From Polaromonas sp. (GTDB taxonomy: Bacteria; Pseudomonadota; Gammaproteobacteria; Burkholderiales; Burkholderiaceae_C): 64,000 nt of DNA. Under the pieces are notes generated by a model, which was not told the DNA's origin, searched no databases, and saw only the letters and a program-made list of their open reading frames with translations. The position numbers and the translations under genes were made by a program. The stretch lies in assembly GCA_043740415.1 (NCBI GenBank), contig JAYUCJ010000152.1, positions 2,758 to 66,757 on the forward strand, written 5' to 3'. This document shows, piece by piece, positions 38,027 to 48,192 of this stretch. Position 1 is the stretch's first letter. Each line of letters begins with the position of its first letter.

Positions 38027-39259
38027 TTGCTAACCCGAGTAGAACTCGCCACATGGCTTAGGCTGTGCATGACGCCTGGCGTGGGTAACCAGCACGCGCG
38101 CAAGCTGCTGACGGCGTTTGGCTTGCCGCAGGCGATATTTGCGCAACCACAGCTGGCGCTGAAACAAGTCGTCAGCGCCGCAATGGCACGTGCTTTGCAA
38201 GTTGTTCCTGACAACTTTGAAGCGCAACTGCAAACCACCTGGAACTGGCTGGAAGCTGGCACGGTTGACCCCGCCACCGGACAAAACAACCGCGTCTTTT
38301 TAACGCTGGCAGATGCGCGTTACCCAAGCTCCTTATTGAACATTGAAGACCCGCCGTTGGTGCTGTACCTGCAAGGCCATGTTGATTTGATCTGGCAGCT
38401 TGACCACAAAGAGAACCCTACAAACGGCGCTCTGCAAGGTAAATCAACCTACAAACACGCCAAAGACGGCATCGCCATGGTGGGCAGCCGAAACCCTACG
38501 CCGCAAGGTTTGGCCACTGCGCATGCGTTTGCCCAATCGTTCACGCAAGCGGGCTTGGTCGTCGTTTCTGGGCTAGCGCTGGGTATCGACGGGGCAGCGC
38601 ATGAAGGCGCCATGGAAGGGCAACAAAACAATGACGAAGGCTGCACTATTGCGGTGATTGGCACGGGATTAGACCGTGTGTACCCGAGCAAGCATCTGGC
38701 GTTGGCGCACCGCATCGTGCAACATGGTTTGATGATCAGTGAATTTCCGCTAGGCACACCACCTTTGCCAGCAAATTTCCCAAAGCGCAATCGCATTATT
38801 TCTGCGTTGAGCTTGGGCACACTGGTGGTGGAAGCAGCCGTTAAATCTGGCTCGCTCATCACCGCACGATTAGCCAGTGAACAAGGCAAAGAAGTTTTCG
38901 CGATTCCTGGCTCTATCCATTCAACGCAATCACGTGGCTGCCATGCCTTGTTGAAACAAGGTGCAAAGTTGGTGGAATCTGCGCAAGATGTTTTGGAAGA
39001 ATTGCGGTTGCAGCTGACACCGCCTGTGCTGCCGCCTTCGAAACTATTGCGGACACACAATGCCGCAACCGCTATTGAAGATGTAGAACCCGACGATTTG
39101 GTGAAATCGCTGGGTTACGACCCAGTCAGTTTAGATGCTTTGGTCGCCCGCACCGGCTGGGATGCCGCCACCTTACAAGTGCGTTTAATGGAGCTTGAAC
39201 TGGATGGACAAGTCGCCCGATTGCCGGGTGGCTTGTACCAACGGGTTGTTGTTGGCTAA
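38027..39259 (+). CDS. dprA: DNA-processing protein DprA (Smf)
   Basis: MVGSRNPTPQGLATAHAFAQSF...VVSGLALGIDGAAHEGA...SGSLITARLA. Apparent TTG start. Confidence 0.85.
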   Translation: MLTRVELATWLRLCMTPGVGNQHARKLLTAFGLPQAIFAQPQLALKQVVSAAMARALQVVPDNFEAQLQTTWNWLEAGTVDPATGQNNRVFLTLADARYPSSLLNIEDPPLVLYLQGHVDLIWQLDHKENPTNGALQGKSTYKHAKDGIAMVGSRNPTPQGLATAHAFAQSFTQAGLVVVSGLALGIDGAAHEGAMEGQQNNDEGCTIAVIGTGLDRVYPSKHLALAHRIVQHGLMISEFPLGTPPLPANFPKRNRIISALSLGTLVVEAAVKSGSLITARLASEQGKEVFAIPGSIHSTQSRGCHALLKQGAKLVESAQDVLEELRLQLTPPVLPPSKLLRTHNAATAIEDVEPDDLVKSLGYDPVSLDALVARTGWDAATLQVRLMELELDGQVARLPGGLYQRVVVG

Positions 39260-39293
39260 TTACTAACCGTAGAGCCGCTTTAAACAGCGTTGA

Positions 39294-40250
39294 TTAAACG
39301 ACCGCACCGTCGTTTTCGTCGCCAGGATCGCCCGCTTTTTTAACGGGTGCGACCTTGATCAAATCTTCGCGCTTGATGCCCAGCCACATGGCAATGGCTG
39401 CGGCGACGAACACAGACGAGTAGATACCAAACAAAATACCAATGGTCAGCGCCAGCGCAAAGTAAAACAGCGTTTGGCCACCAAACAGCAGCATCGACAA
39501 CACCATGATCTGCGTGCTGCCGTGCGTGATGATGGTACGGCTGATAGTCGAAGTGATGGCGTTGTCGATGATTTCGACCGTGTTCATTTTGCGATAGCGC
39601 TTGAAGTTTTCGCGAATTCGGTCAAAAATAACCACCGATTCGTTCACCGAATAACCCAAAACAGCCAACACCGCAGCCAGTACTGAGAGCGAAAACTCCC
39701 ATTGGAAGAAGGCAAAAAAGCCCAAAATAATGACCACGTCATGCAAGTTCGCAATGATGGCGGCAACCGCGTATTTCCACTCAAACCGAATCGCCAAATA
39801 AATCATGATGCCCAGCACCACGAAACCAAGCGCTTTGAGACCGTCGACCACCAGTTCACCACCGACTTGTGGGCCCACAAAGTTGGTACGGCGTAAGTTG
39901 GCATCTGCAGAATCCGCTTTCAGTGCCGCCATGACCTTGTCACTTTGCTGCGCCGAGCTCACACCCTTTTGAGCGGGCAGGCGAATCATCACATCGCGTG
40001 CTGTACCGAAGTTTTGCACTTGCACATCGGTAAAGCCCAAGCTGGATACTTTGTTGCGTAATTTTTCCAGATCAGCCGGTTGTGAGTAGCTTACTTCCAT
40101 CACCGTGCCGCCAGTAAACTCAACTGACAAATGCAAACCGCGCGAGAGGAGGAAAAATACCGCGAGCAAGAAAGTAATCAACGAAATGGCATTGAAAATC
40201 AATGCATGGCGCATGAACGGAATGTCTTTGCGAATCTTAAAAAATTCCAT
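39294..40250 (-). CDS. secF: Protein translocase subunit SecF
   Basis: 318 aa, 6 TM, FTGGT motif region. Downstream of secD. Confidence 0.9.
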   Translation of the reverse strand: MEFFKIRKDIPFMRHALIFNAISLITFLLAVFFLLSRGLHLSVEFTGGTVMEVSYSQPADLEKLRNKVSSLGFTDVQVQNFGTARDVMIRLPAQKGVSSAQQSDKVMAALKADSADANLRRTNFVGPQVGGELVVDGLKALGFVVLGIMIYLAIRFEWKYAVAAIIANLHDVVIILGFFAFFQWEFSLSVLAAVLAVLGYSVNESVVIFDRIRENFKRYRKMNTVEIIDNAITSTISRTIITHGSTQIMVLSMLLFGGQTLFYFALALTIGILFGIYSSVFVAAAIAMWLGIKREDLIKVAPVKKAGDPGDENDGAVV

Positions 40251-40261
40251 GATTCGTCTCC

Positions 40262-42151
40262 TTATTTTGTAGGTGTTGTTGGCGTTGTAGCAGCATTTTC
40301 AGGCGTCCAAATCGTGCCAATTGACACTGATTTGAGCTTCTTCTGCCGCCCGTACCACAAGTTGACCAAACCACGTGAAAACAGCACCGCAGAAAACATG
40401 CTGGTCAAAATACCTATGCAATGCACCACCGCAAAGCCGCGCACGGGACCTGAGCCGAATGCCAAGAGTGCTACACCCGCAATCAATGTGGTGATGTTTG
40501 AGTCAAAAATTGTTGCCCACGCACGCTCGTACCCCGTGGCTATGGCTGCTTGCGGCGAGGCGCCACCGCGCAGCTCTTCGCGCACACGTTCGTTGATCAA
40601 CACGTTGGAGTCAATCGCCATACCCAGCGCCAAGGCCATGGCAGCAATGCCCGGCAATGTCAATGTCGCTTGCAACATGGACAACACCGCTACCAGCATC
40701 AACAAATTGACACCTAGCGAGAGTGATGAAAACACGCCAAACATCATGTAATAAACGCACATGAAGGCAACAATGACCAAGAAGCCCCAAGTCACGCTGT
40801 TGAAACCTTTGTCAATATTGTCTTTGCCAAGGCTGGGGCCAATCGAGCTTTCTTCGATGATTTCCATGGGTGCAGCCAGTGAACCAGCGCGCAATAGCAA
40901 AGCTGTGTCGTTGGCTTCAGACGTGTTCATGCTGCCAGAGATCTGCACGCGGCCACCGTTGATTTCAGAACGGATGACGGGCGCTGTGACGACTTCGCCC
41001 TTGCCTTTTTCAAACAAAATAATCGCCATGCGCTTGTTGATATTTTCGCGCGTGATGTCCGCAAAAATACGCGAGCCTTTGGCATCCAGGCTCAAGTTAA
41101 CCGTGGCACCTTGGGTTTGACTATCAATGCCAGCTTGTGCATCGGTCAAATTTTCACCCGTCAGAATGACTTGTTTTTTCACAATCACGGGTCGGCCATT
41201 GCGCTCTAAGAACCGTTCTGAGCCAAACGGAACGGATCCAGAATTGGTTTCTGCCGCTTGTCCCTCAGAAGATTCATCGACCATGCGCAACTCAAGCGTT
41301 GCCGTACGACCCAATATGTCTTTGGCTTTTGCCGTGTCTTGTACACCAGGCAGTTGCACCACAATGCGGTCTAAACCCTGCTGTTGAATCACCGGCTCGG
41401 CCACACCCAGCTCGTTGATACGGTTGTGCAGCGTCACGATGTTTTGTTTCAGCGCCTGGTCCTGAATTTTCAAGGCCGCTTCCGGTTTGATGGTTGCGGT
41501 TAATTTGTACTCTGTGCCTTCAGGCGCATCGCTGGTCGTTAATTCCGAGAATTGATCAGCGAGCACTTTTTTAGCTGCCGCCAATGTTTCTTGGTCACGG
41601 AATCTGATTTCAATGTTTGAGCCATTGCGCGACACACCACCATGACGCGCATTTTTTTCACGCAAGGCAGAGCGAATATCACCTGTCAACGACTCTGTCT
41701 TTTTAGTCAGCGCAGCTACCATGTCCACTTGCAGCATGAAGTGAACACCGCCGCGCAAATCCAAGCCCAAGTACATGGGCGCAGCACCCAGCGCATTGAG
41801 CCACGCGGGTGAACGGCGTACCAAGTTCAACGCCACCACATAATTCGGCGCGCCGGCATCAGGCACCAAGCTTTTCTGAATCGCGTCTTTCGCTTTTAAC
41901 TGCGCGTCCGTGTCTTTGAAAAGTGCTTTGATGGATTTACCATCGAAAGTGACACCATCTGGCGTTAAACCGGCGGTTTTCAGGGCATCTTCAATTTTGA
42001 TCTGCGTCGCGCTGTCTACTTTGATGCTGGATTTGGCACTGGAGACCTGCACCGCTGGCGCTTCACCAAAAAAGTTGGGCAGTGTGAAGAGCACGGACAC
42101 CAAAAGAACGATCAAGATGACCGCATATTTCCAAACCGGGTAACGATTCAT
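40262..42151 (-). CDS. secD: Protein translocase subunit SecD
   Basis: 629 aa. LGLDLRGGVHF..., a large periplasmic domain, and a C-terminal 6-TM bundle. Confidence 0.9.
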   Translation of the reverse strand: MNRYPVWKYAVILIVLLVSVLFTLPNFFGEAPAVQVSSAKSSIKVDSATQIKIEDALKTAGLTPDGVTFDGKSIKALFKDTDAQLKAKDAIQKSLVPDAGAPNYVVALNLVRRSPAWLNALGAAPMYLGLDLRGGVHFMLQVDMVAALTKKTESLTGDIRSALREKNARHGGVSRNGSNIEIRFRDQETLAAAKKVLADQFSELTTSDAPEGTEYKLTATIKPEAALKIQDQALKQNIVTLHNRINELGVAEPVIQQQGLDRIVVQLPGVQDTAKAKDILGRTATLELRMVDESSEGQAAETNSGSVPFGSERFLERNGRPVIVKKQVILTGENLTDAQAGIDSQTQGATVNLSLDAKGSRIFADITRENINKRMAIILFEKGKGEVVTAPVIRSEINGGRVQISGSMNTSEANDTALLLRAGSLAAPMEIIEESSIGPSLGKDNIDKGFNSVTWGFLVIVAFMCVYYMMFGVFSSLSLGVNLLMLVAVLSMLQATLTLPGIAAMALALGMAIDSNVLINERVREELRGGASPQAAIATGYERAWATIFDSNITTLIAGVALLAFGSGPVRGFAVVHCIGILTSMFSAVLFSRGLVNLWYGRQKKLKSVSIGTIWTPENAATTPTTPTK

Positions 42152-42226
42152 GATTGCGCTTTTTAACGAATAAAACTAGAAACGAAACAACTCTTTGCAG
42201 ATTGTTTACTTGATGCGGCCTTTTGC

Positions 42227-42562
42227 TTACTTGATACTGCCTTTTGGCAGGACTTGCACAACTGCGCTGCGTTGCAACTGTACTTCCACGCCCTTAGCGA
42301 TTTCCAAGGTTAAATAACCCTCGCCCAACTTGGTAACTGTACCGAGCAAACCGCCCGCCGTGGCGATTTCGTCGCCCTTGGCCAAGGCGTCAATCATGGT
42401 GCGATGCTCTTTTTGTTTTTTCATTTGCGGGCGAATCATCACGAAATACAGCACCACAAACATCAGCACCAAGGGCAGCATGCTGGTCAATGTGGACATC
42501 ATGTCGCCACCAGTAGCGGCTGCGGCAGGGGCGGTTTGGGCGATGGCGGAAGAAATAAACAT
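42227..42562 (-). CDS. yajC: Preprotein translocase subunit YajC
   Basis: Start at MFISSA, preceded by aggaga. LVLMFVVLYFVMIRPQMKKQKEH. The track ORF extends to 42628. Confidence 0.85.
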   Translation of the reverse strand: MFISSAIAQTAPAAAATGGDMMSTLTSMLPLVLMFVVLYFVMIRPQMKKQKEHRTMIDALAKGDEIATAGGLLGTVTKLGEGYLTLEIAKGVEVQLQRSAVVQVLPKGSIK

Positions 42563-42644
42563 GGAATCTCCTGAATTGTGTAGGGTCGTCAACAACTTCG
42601 TAAACAACCAATAGGGCAAAAAAGCCAACTTAGGATTGTAGTTC

Positions 42645-43310
42645 CTAATGTTGAGACGAAATCTGGCGTTTCAACTGCGGTTTCAGCAGCACGACAAGTG
42701 CGCCAGCACCGCCCTCAGCCGGCTTGGCCTGCACAAAAGCCAAAACTTCTTGCTTTTGAATCAGCCAGCTTTTAACTTTCCCCTTCAAAACAGGCTCTTT
42801 ACCCGGTGAACCCAGCCCTTTGCCATGCACCACCCGCACGCAGCGCATGCCGTGCTTGTGTGCTTCACGGATGAAAGCACCCAGCGCCTCCCTCGCCTCA
42901 TCGGTGCGCATATTGTGCAAATCGACCTGCCGCTGGATGCTCCAAATACCTTGCCGCAGCTTTTTTGTCACGTCTGTGCCAATGCCCGGGCGTCGAAAAC
43001 TCAGGGAATCGTCAATATCAAGGAGCGATTCAACATCAAACTCGTCGCTCAAAGACTCGCGCAGCACAGCCGCATCATCGCGCTTTTGCTGCACAGGGTT
43101 GGGCTCAGGTTGCTTTGTTTTTGATAGCACCTTAGGCTTGTTTGATATCGGCTTTACGACGCCTACACTGCTTGCGAACAGGTTTTTATTGGCGAGCTTT
43201 AGCGCTGCAGCTGCCTTTTTAGCGGCTTCGTCTGCAGCATGTTTAGCCTGCTGATCAGCCAAAGTTTGCTTGACCTGGCTCAGATCAGCCAGCGTGCGAA
43301 TACTTGCCAT
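42645..43310 (-). CDS. Smr-domain protein (Smr/MutS2 C-terminal family)
   Basis: C-terminal Smr domain VDLHNMRTDEAREALGAFI...VRVVHGKGLGS. Confidence 0.8.
   Translation of the reverse strand: MASIRTLADLSQVKQTLADQQAKHAADEAAKKAAAALKLANKNLFASSVGVVKPISNKPKVLSKTKQPEPNPVQQKRDDAAVLRESLSDEFDVESLLDIDDSLSFRRPGIGTDVTKKLRQGIWSIQRQVDLHNMRTDEAREALGAFIREAHKHGMRCVRVVHGKGLGSPGKEPVLKGKVKSWLIQKQEVLAFVQAKPAEGGAGALVVLLKPQLKRQISSQH
43111..43155 (-). repeat. Degenerate R45 copy inside the smr CDS
   Basis: gctttgtttttgatagcaccttaggcttgtttgatatcggcttta. The hairpin half and the ...cggct end are retained; the middle has diverged. Confidence 0.4.
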
Positions 43311-43336
43311 GACGAATTTGTAACTTAGAAGACGGG

Positions 43337-44782
43337 CTATTTTGCGATCTTTTTAGGCCGCTGCCAGTTGGCAATGCTGACTTGCTTACCCCTTGCGACA
43401 CTGAGAGCGCCTGCAGGCGTGCTTTTGGTGATGGTTGAACCACCGCCCACCGTGCCACCCGAGCCTATCGTTACCGGAGCGACCAACACGCAGTTGCTGC
43501 CGATATGTACGTCCGCCTCGATCACGGTGCGGTGTTTGTTCGCACCGTCATAGTTGGCGGTGATGCTGCCAGCCCCAAAATTGACCCGTTCGCCCACGGT
43601 CGCATCGCCTAGATACGCCAAATGGTTGGCTTTCGCGCCATCGGCCAAAGTGGCGTTTTTAACTTCGACAAAGTTGCCGATATGCACCTCTTTGCCCAAT
43701 GTCGCACCTGGGCGAAGTCGGGCAAATGGCCCGATCAGCGCACCCGCACCGACCAAAACACCTAATGTCTCACCTTCTATGTGGGTAAATGGGTGAATCA
43801 CCGCACCATCGGCAATCACCGCGTTAGAAATCACGCAGTGAGCGCCCACTTTCACGCCAGAGCCCAAAGAGACTTGTCCTGAGAAAATACTATTGATATC
43901 GATTTCCACATCTTGACCGCACACCAAGCTACCACGCAGGTCAAAACGCGCAGGGTCAGCCAAGCGTACGCCCTGCTCCATCAGCGTTTTGGCTTGGCGC
44001 AATTGGTAAACCCGCTCCAGCTCAGCCAATTGAACGGGGCTGTTCACACCCGCCACTTGCGCTGCATCATCAATTTTGTGGGCGACGACCGTCAAACCAT
44101 CCGCCACGGCGAATTTCACAATATCCGTCAAGTAGTACTCGCCTTGGGCATTTTTGTTGTCCAAACGCGCCAGCCAGCCTTTGAGCAGCTTGGCGGGCAC
44201 CGCCATGATGCCGCTGTAAACCTCTTTGATCAACTTTTGAGCGTCATTCGCGTCTTTTTGTTCGACGATCGCTTGCACGGATTCATGACTGCGAACCACG
44301 CGGCCATAGCCCGCTGGATTCTCAAAATCAATCGTCAACAGCGCCAATTTATCGCCGCCAGACTTCTCTATCAGGTCTTGCAAAGTATCAACCTGCGTCA
44401 ACGGCACATCGCCGCTGAGCACCAACACCATGCCATCATCAGACAGAACTGGTACGGTTTGCAATACCGCATGCCCCGTTCCCAGTTGCGGCTCTTGAAT
44501 TACTGAATTTATCTTTTTATAGGTATCAAATATAACTCTAGCCGGCGTATTTATTGCCTTAGTAGCTATTAAATTTATAGCATTTTGAACCACTTTAGAT
44601 TCATGCCCCGTGATCACCACGGCGCTTCTGGCGTTCAATTGTGCTGCCGTATCGATCACATGTTCCAACAGCGGCTTACCACCCAGACGGTGCAACACCT
44701 TGGGAAGCGTGCTCTTCATCCGCGTACCCTTGCCCGCCGCCATGATCACCACATCTAGCGGCATGCTTACAGTTTTATTCAT
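43337..44782 (-). CDS. glmU: Bifunctional UDP-N-acetylglucosamine pyrophosphorylase / GlcN-1-P acetyltransferase
   Basis: VIMAAGKGTRMKS..PKVLH...QLGTGHAV, plus a C-terminal left-handed beta-helix with hexapeptide repeats. R45 copy in frame near the N-terminal domain. Confidence 0.9.
   Translation of the reverse strand: MNKTVSMPLDVVIMAAGKGTRMKSTLPKVLHRLGGKPLLEHVIDTAAQLNARSAVVITGHESKVVQNAINLIATKAINTPARVIFDTYKKINSVIQEPQLGTGHAVLQTVPVLSDDGMVLVLSGDVPLTQVDTLQDLIEKSGGDKLALLTIDFENPAGYGRVVRSHESVQAIVEQKDANDAQKLIKEVYSGIMAVPAKLLKGWLARLDNKNAQGEYYLTDIVKFAVADGLTVVAHKIDDAAQVAGVNSPVQLAELERVYQLRQAKTLMEQGVRLADPARFDLRGSLVCGQDVEIDINSIFSGQVSLGSGVKVGAHCVISNAVIADGAVIHPFTHIEGETLGVLVGAGALIGPFARLRPGATLGKEVHIGNFVEVKNATLADGAKANHLAYLGDATVGERVNFGAGSITANYDGANKHRTVIEADVHIGSNCVLVAPVTIGSGGTVGGGSTITKSTPAGALSVARGKQVSIANWQRPKKIAK
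44537..44583 (+). repeat. R45 repeat, inside the glmU CDS (in frame)
   Basis: ctctagccggcgtatttattgccttagtagctattaaatttatagca. Read on the minus strand as ...INLIATKAINTPARV... Confidence 0.8.
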
Positions 44783-44821
44783 ACTAATATTTCTACGATT
44801 TTTATATAAACTTAAGCTATG

Positions 44822-45406
44822 TCACGCTCTAGCTAACTCATCCACCGCTTTGAACAAAGCCTGCCTTGCCTGGCTGATGGTTTGCCCTTCCCACGCGTGA
44901 TCGCCAGCAGTGATGGGTTTGACTGCGGAAAACTTGCACCTTTCGGCTAGTTTAGCTACCGCCAAAGCGTCATAAACCGTGGTTTTGAGGCTATGGGCCG
45001 CCGATATATCCACCAAAATGACTTTTTTAGCCGCTGTAACGTGTTTTTTAACGACATCTGCCAGCGATGGGTCAGAGCCATGCAAATACAGCACAGACAC
45101 GCCCGCCGCGCGGACTTTTTCCATCCACTCTGCATCATGCAAGACAAACACCTGCACGCCTGATCCGCCGAAACTATCAGCCGTTTTGCTGGCAGAGTTC
45201 ACAACCAGCAGCTTTTCAGCCACTTTGGCGTTTGCAGGCTTTCGCAGCGCAGCATCCAAGGCGACGACTTCACCGTCTTTGCCCGGCAACGGGTGATTGA
45301 AAGACTCGATCTGCAAGCCCGCAGTCGCGGCGGCTTCTAAAAATTTAACGCGCGCTTGGGCATAACTGGTGGAAAACGCATCTATCACCCCGATTGCTCC
45401 GATCAT
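44822..45406 (-). CDS. Conserved hypothetical protein (N-terminus resembles DUF2817/M14-like proteins; short)
   Basis: Start at MIGAIG abuts the stop of the upstream M20 gene. FSTSYAQARVKFLEAAATAGLQIESFNHPLPGKDGE resembles DUF2817 N-termini. The protein is only about 194 aa and I see no zinc-ligand motif. Confidence 0.4.
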   Translation of the reverse strand: MIGAIGVIDAFSTSYAQARVKFLEAAATAGLQIESFNHPLPGKDGEVVALDAALRKPANAKVAEKLLVVNSASKTADSFGGSGVQVFVLHDAEWMEKVRAAGVSVLYLHGSDPSLADVVKKHVTAAKKVILVDISAAHSLKTTVYDALAVAKLAERCKFSAVKPITAGDHAWEGQTISQARQALFKAVDELARA

Positions 45407-46620
45407 TTCACCAATCCCTTCAATCCAACAGTGCCAGCTTTCAACGACTCTTCCACCAAACGCACCCAAAACGTCGCGCCCAGCGGAATCAAATCGTCAT
45501 TGAAGTCATAACTAGGGTTGTGCAACATGCATGGCCCGCCGCCGTGGCCGATGGCGCGGTGGTCGCCTTCACCATTGGCGATGAAGCAATACGCACCTGG
45601 TTTGGCTTGCAGCATGTACGAGAAGTCTTCTGAGCCCATGGTCGGCTCTTGCGGCATCACGTTGGCTGCGCCCACGATGTCGCCCATCACTTGGGCTGCA
45701 AAGTTCGCCTCTGCCGCTGTATTGATGGTTGGCGGGTAGTTGCGGTCAAACTCAAAATCGCAAGTTGCGCCGAATGCAGCACTGGTGTGCTCAGCTATTT
45801 CACGCATGCGTTTTTCGATCAGGTCAATCAATTCCACCGTGAATGTGCGCACTGTACCTTGGATTTCAACGCTGTCAGGAATCACGTTGGTGGCTTCACC
45901 ACCGTGCATCATGGTGACAGAAATCACGCCAGCATCGATCGGTTTTTTGTTACGACTGATGATGGTTTGAAACGCTTGCACCATCTGGCAAGCTGCTTGT
46001 ATAGGATCCACACCGTCATGCGGCAGCGCTGCATGGCCACCTTTGCCGTGGATGACGATTTTGAATTCGTTGCTGGATGCCATCACCGGCCCCGCACTCA
46101 CCGCAAATTTACCCACCTGCATGCCTGGCCAGTTGTGCATGCCGTAGACGGCTTCCATGGGGAATTTTTCAAACAAACCGTCCTTGATCATCTCGCGTGC
46201 GCCGCCACCGCCTTCTTCAGCGGGTTGGAAAATCAAATACACCGTGCCATCAAAATTACGATTTTTAGCAAAATGCTGCGCTGCGGCCAAAAGCATCGCG
46301 GTGTGGCCGTCGTGCCCGCAAGCGTGCATCTTGCCGGCGTTTTTACTGGCGTGCGCAAAGGTGTTGTACTCCTGCATGGGCAACGCATCCATATCCGCGC
46401 GCAAGCCAATGGCGCGGTCAGACGTGCCGTTTTTGATGATGCCCACCACACCCGTCGTGCCCATGCCACGGTGCAGGGGAATACCCCACTCCGTCAGCTT
46501 GGCAGCGACCAAATCAGCCGTTTGCACTTCGGCAAAACACAACTCTGGGTTGGCATGAATTTGCTTGCGGATGGCGGCTATGCCAGCGGCTTGGGTGGTG
46601 ATGGAATCAATGATTTTCAT
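45403..46620 (-). CDS. M20D-family amidohydrolase (N-acyl-amino acid / hippurate hydrolase-like)
   Basis: IHANPELCF.E..T...MHACGHDGH...FQPAEEGGGGA. Confidence 0.85.
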   Translation of the reverse strand: MKIIDSITTQAAGIAAIRKQIHANPELCFAEVQTADLVAAKLTEWGIPLHRGMGTTGVVGIIKNGTSDRAIGLRADMDALPMQEYNTFAHASKNAGKMHACGHDGHTAMLLAAAQHFAKNRNFDGTVYLIFQPAEEGGGGAREMIKDGLFEKFPMEAVYGMHNWPGMQVGKFAVSAGPVMASSNEFKIVIHGKGGHAALPHDGVDPIQAACQMVQAFQTIISRNKKPIDAGVISVTMMHGGEATNVIPDSVEIQGTVRTFTVELIDLIEKRMREIAEHTSAAFGATCDFEFDRNYPPTINTAAEANFAAQVMGDIVGAANVMPQEPTMGSEDFSYMLQAKPGAYCFIANGEGDHRAIGHGGGPCMLHNPSYDFNDDLIPLGATFWVRLVEESLKAGTVGLKGLVK

Positions 46621-46642
46621 AACTTTTCTTTACTGTGATGAA

Positions 46643-47554
46643 TTAAGCTTTGGTAGTTTGCACCATTTTCATGGCCGAGGCAATCAGGGCAGCGACTTGG
46701 CTCATGTCGCTGGGCACGATCAGGGTGGTGGCTGCGTCGTTGGCGACATTGCCATACGCATCCAGCGCTCTTTCAGCGACCTTGAGCTGCACCGCCTCAG
46801 CGCCGCCGGGCAGCCGAATCGCATTGGCGACCACTTGAATCGCGTGCGCATTGGCATCCGCCACCGCAGAAATGGCCGCAGCCTCACCCTGCGCTTTGTT
46901 GATCACAGCGGTTTTTTCACCTTCAGAGCGCGCAATAAAAGCTTCGCGCTCGCCAGTGGCAATGTTGATTTGCTCTTGGCGGCGGCCTTCAGAGGCCGCG
47001 ATCAAAGCACGCTTGCCGCGCTCAGCGGTGATTTGCGCTTGCATGGCATGCAAAATTTCTTTCGGTGGCGTCAAGTCTTTGATTTCATAACGCAGCACTT
47101 TGACGCCCCAGTTCAGCGCCGCTTCGTCAATCGCTGCGACCACTTGCGCGTTGATGATGTCGCGCTCTTCAAAGGTTTTATCGAGTTCTAATTTACCAAT
47201 CACGCTACGCAACGATGTTTGCGCAAGTTGAGAAATTGCAATGACATAATTGCTTGAGCCATAACTTGCGCGCATCGCGTCAGTTACTTGAAAATACAAC
47301 ACACCGTCAACCTGTAACTGCGTGTTGTCTTTGGTGATACACACTTGGCTGGCGATGTCTAGCGGGATTTCTTTCAACACATGTTTGTAGGCTACTCTAT
47401 CGACAAAAGGCACTAAAAAATTCAAACCGGGCGTCAACGTGGCGTGATATTTCCCCAGTCGCTCAACCACCCAAGCATGTTGTTGCGGCACTATTTTTAG
47501 AGTACGAACAATAAAAATAGCAGCGATGACCAGTAGAACAATGGCGATTTCCAT
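46643..47554 (-). CDS. SPFH/Band-7 (stomatin-like, QmcA-type) protein
   Basis: N-terminal TM, then IVPQQHAWVVERLGKYH...TKDN..L.VD as the SPFH core. Coiled-coil Ala/Glu-rich tail. Confidence 0.85.
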   Translation of the reverse strand: MEIAIVLLVIAAIFIVRTLKIVPQQHAWVVERLGKYHATLTPGLNFLVPFVDRVAYKHVLKEIPLDIASQVCITKDNTQLQVDGVLYFQVTDAMRASYGSSNYVIAISQLAQTSLRSVIGKLELDKTFEERDIINAQVVAAIDEAALNWGVKVLRYEIKDLTPPKEILHAMQAQITAERGKRALIAASEGRRQEQINIATGEREAFIARSEGEKTAVINKAQGEAAAISAVADANAHAIQVVANAIRLPGGAEAVQLKVAERALDAYGNVANDAATTLIVPSDMSQVAALIASAMKMVQTTKA

Positions 47555-47593
47555 GAGGATTCCTTTTAAAGTTTAAAAATCAAAGTTGAAAAA

Positions 47594-48019
47594 TCAGAGT
47601 TTTTTGACGATTAAACGACTACCGATGACTTGCTCAATACCGTAGCTACCTGCACCAGATGCGCTGCCTTCTTGCAACTGCACTGTCCAAGATGCACCAC
47701 GGTATTTGATGTTGGCTGTGCCATCGGCTTGCCAAGCATCTACCTGTACGGTTTGCCCAATGTCCATGTTCACATCGCTGTTGAACTCGGCGTTTTTCCC
47801 GACCATTTTCTTGCCGCGCAACAAGTGCCAAGCAATCACCGCGCCGCCACCAATCACAGCAGCAATCACCAATTGCGCAGTCACATTCAGCCCCATATGC
47901 GCAGCAATGGCCGCCGCCGCCAGACCCACAGCAAACATCAGCAAATAAAATGTGCCGGTCATCAGCTCAACCGCAACTGCCAAGCCTGTCAGCACCCACC
48001 AGATACTTGAATCAGCCAT
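47594..48019 (-). CDS. NfeD-family membrane protein
   Basis: Start at MADSSIWW. Two or three TM segments plus a C-terminal OB-like domain. Classic NfeD-SPFH gene pair. The track ORF extends to 48100. Confidence 0.75.
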   Translation of the reverse strand: MADSSIWWVLTGLAVAVELMTGTFYLLMFAVGLAAAAIAAHMGLNVTAQLVIAAVIGGGAVIAWHLLRGKKMVGKNAEFNSDVNMDIGQTVQVDAWQADGTANIKYRGASWTVQLQEGSASGAGSYGIEQVIGSRLIVKKL

Positions 48020-48192
48020 AAATCCCCTTTTTGTGTAACTTGCACCACATTTTGACTGAATCATGCGCGCATAACCGCCCAGATGCACGATGTGGCTCAA
48101 TATTTCCTTACACTTCCCTCCTGTTATGTGATTTCTTGTGATTTTTTTGTTTTCACGATTTTTAACTTCTACCCTCCAATCAACGCATCGCC

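Noticed and set aside
45649-46638. 329-aa ORF antisense to the M20 amidohydrolase gene
   Set aside because: The opposite strand carries clear M20 motifs. The antisense product is His/Arg/Val-rich with no recognisable domain. It is a GC-rich antisense artefact.
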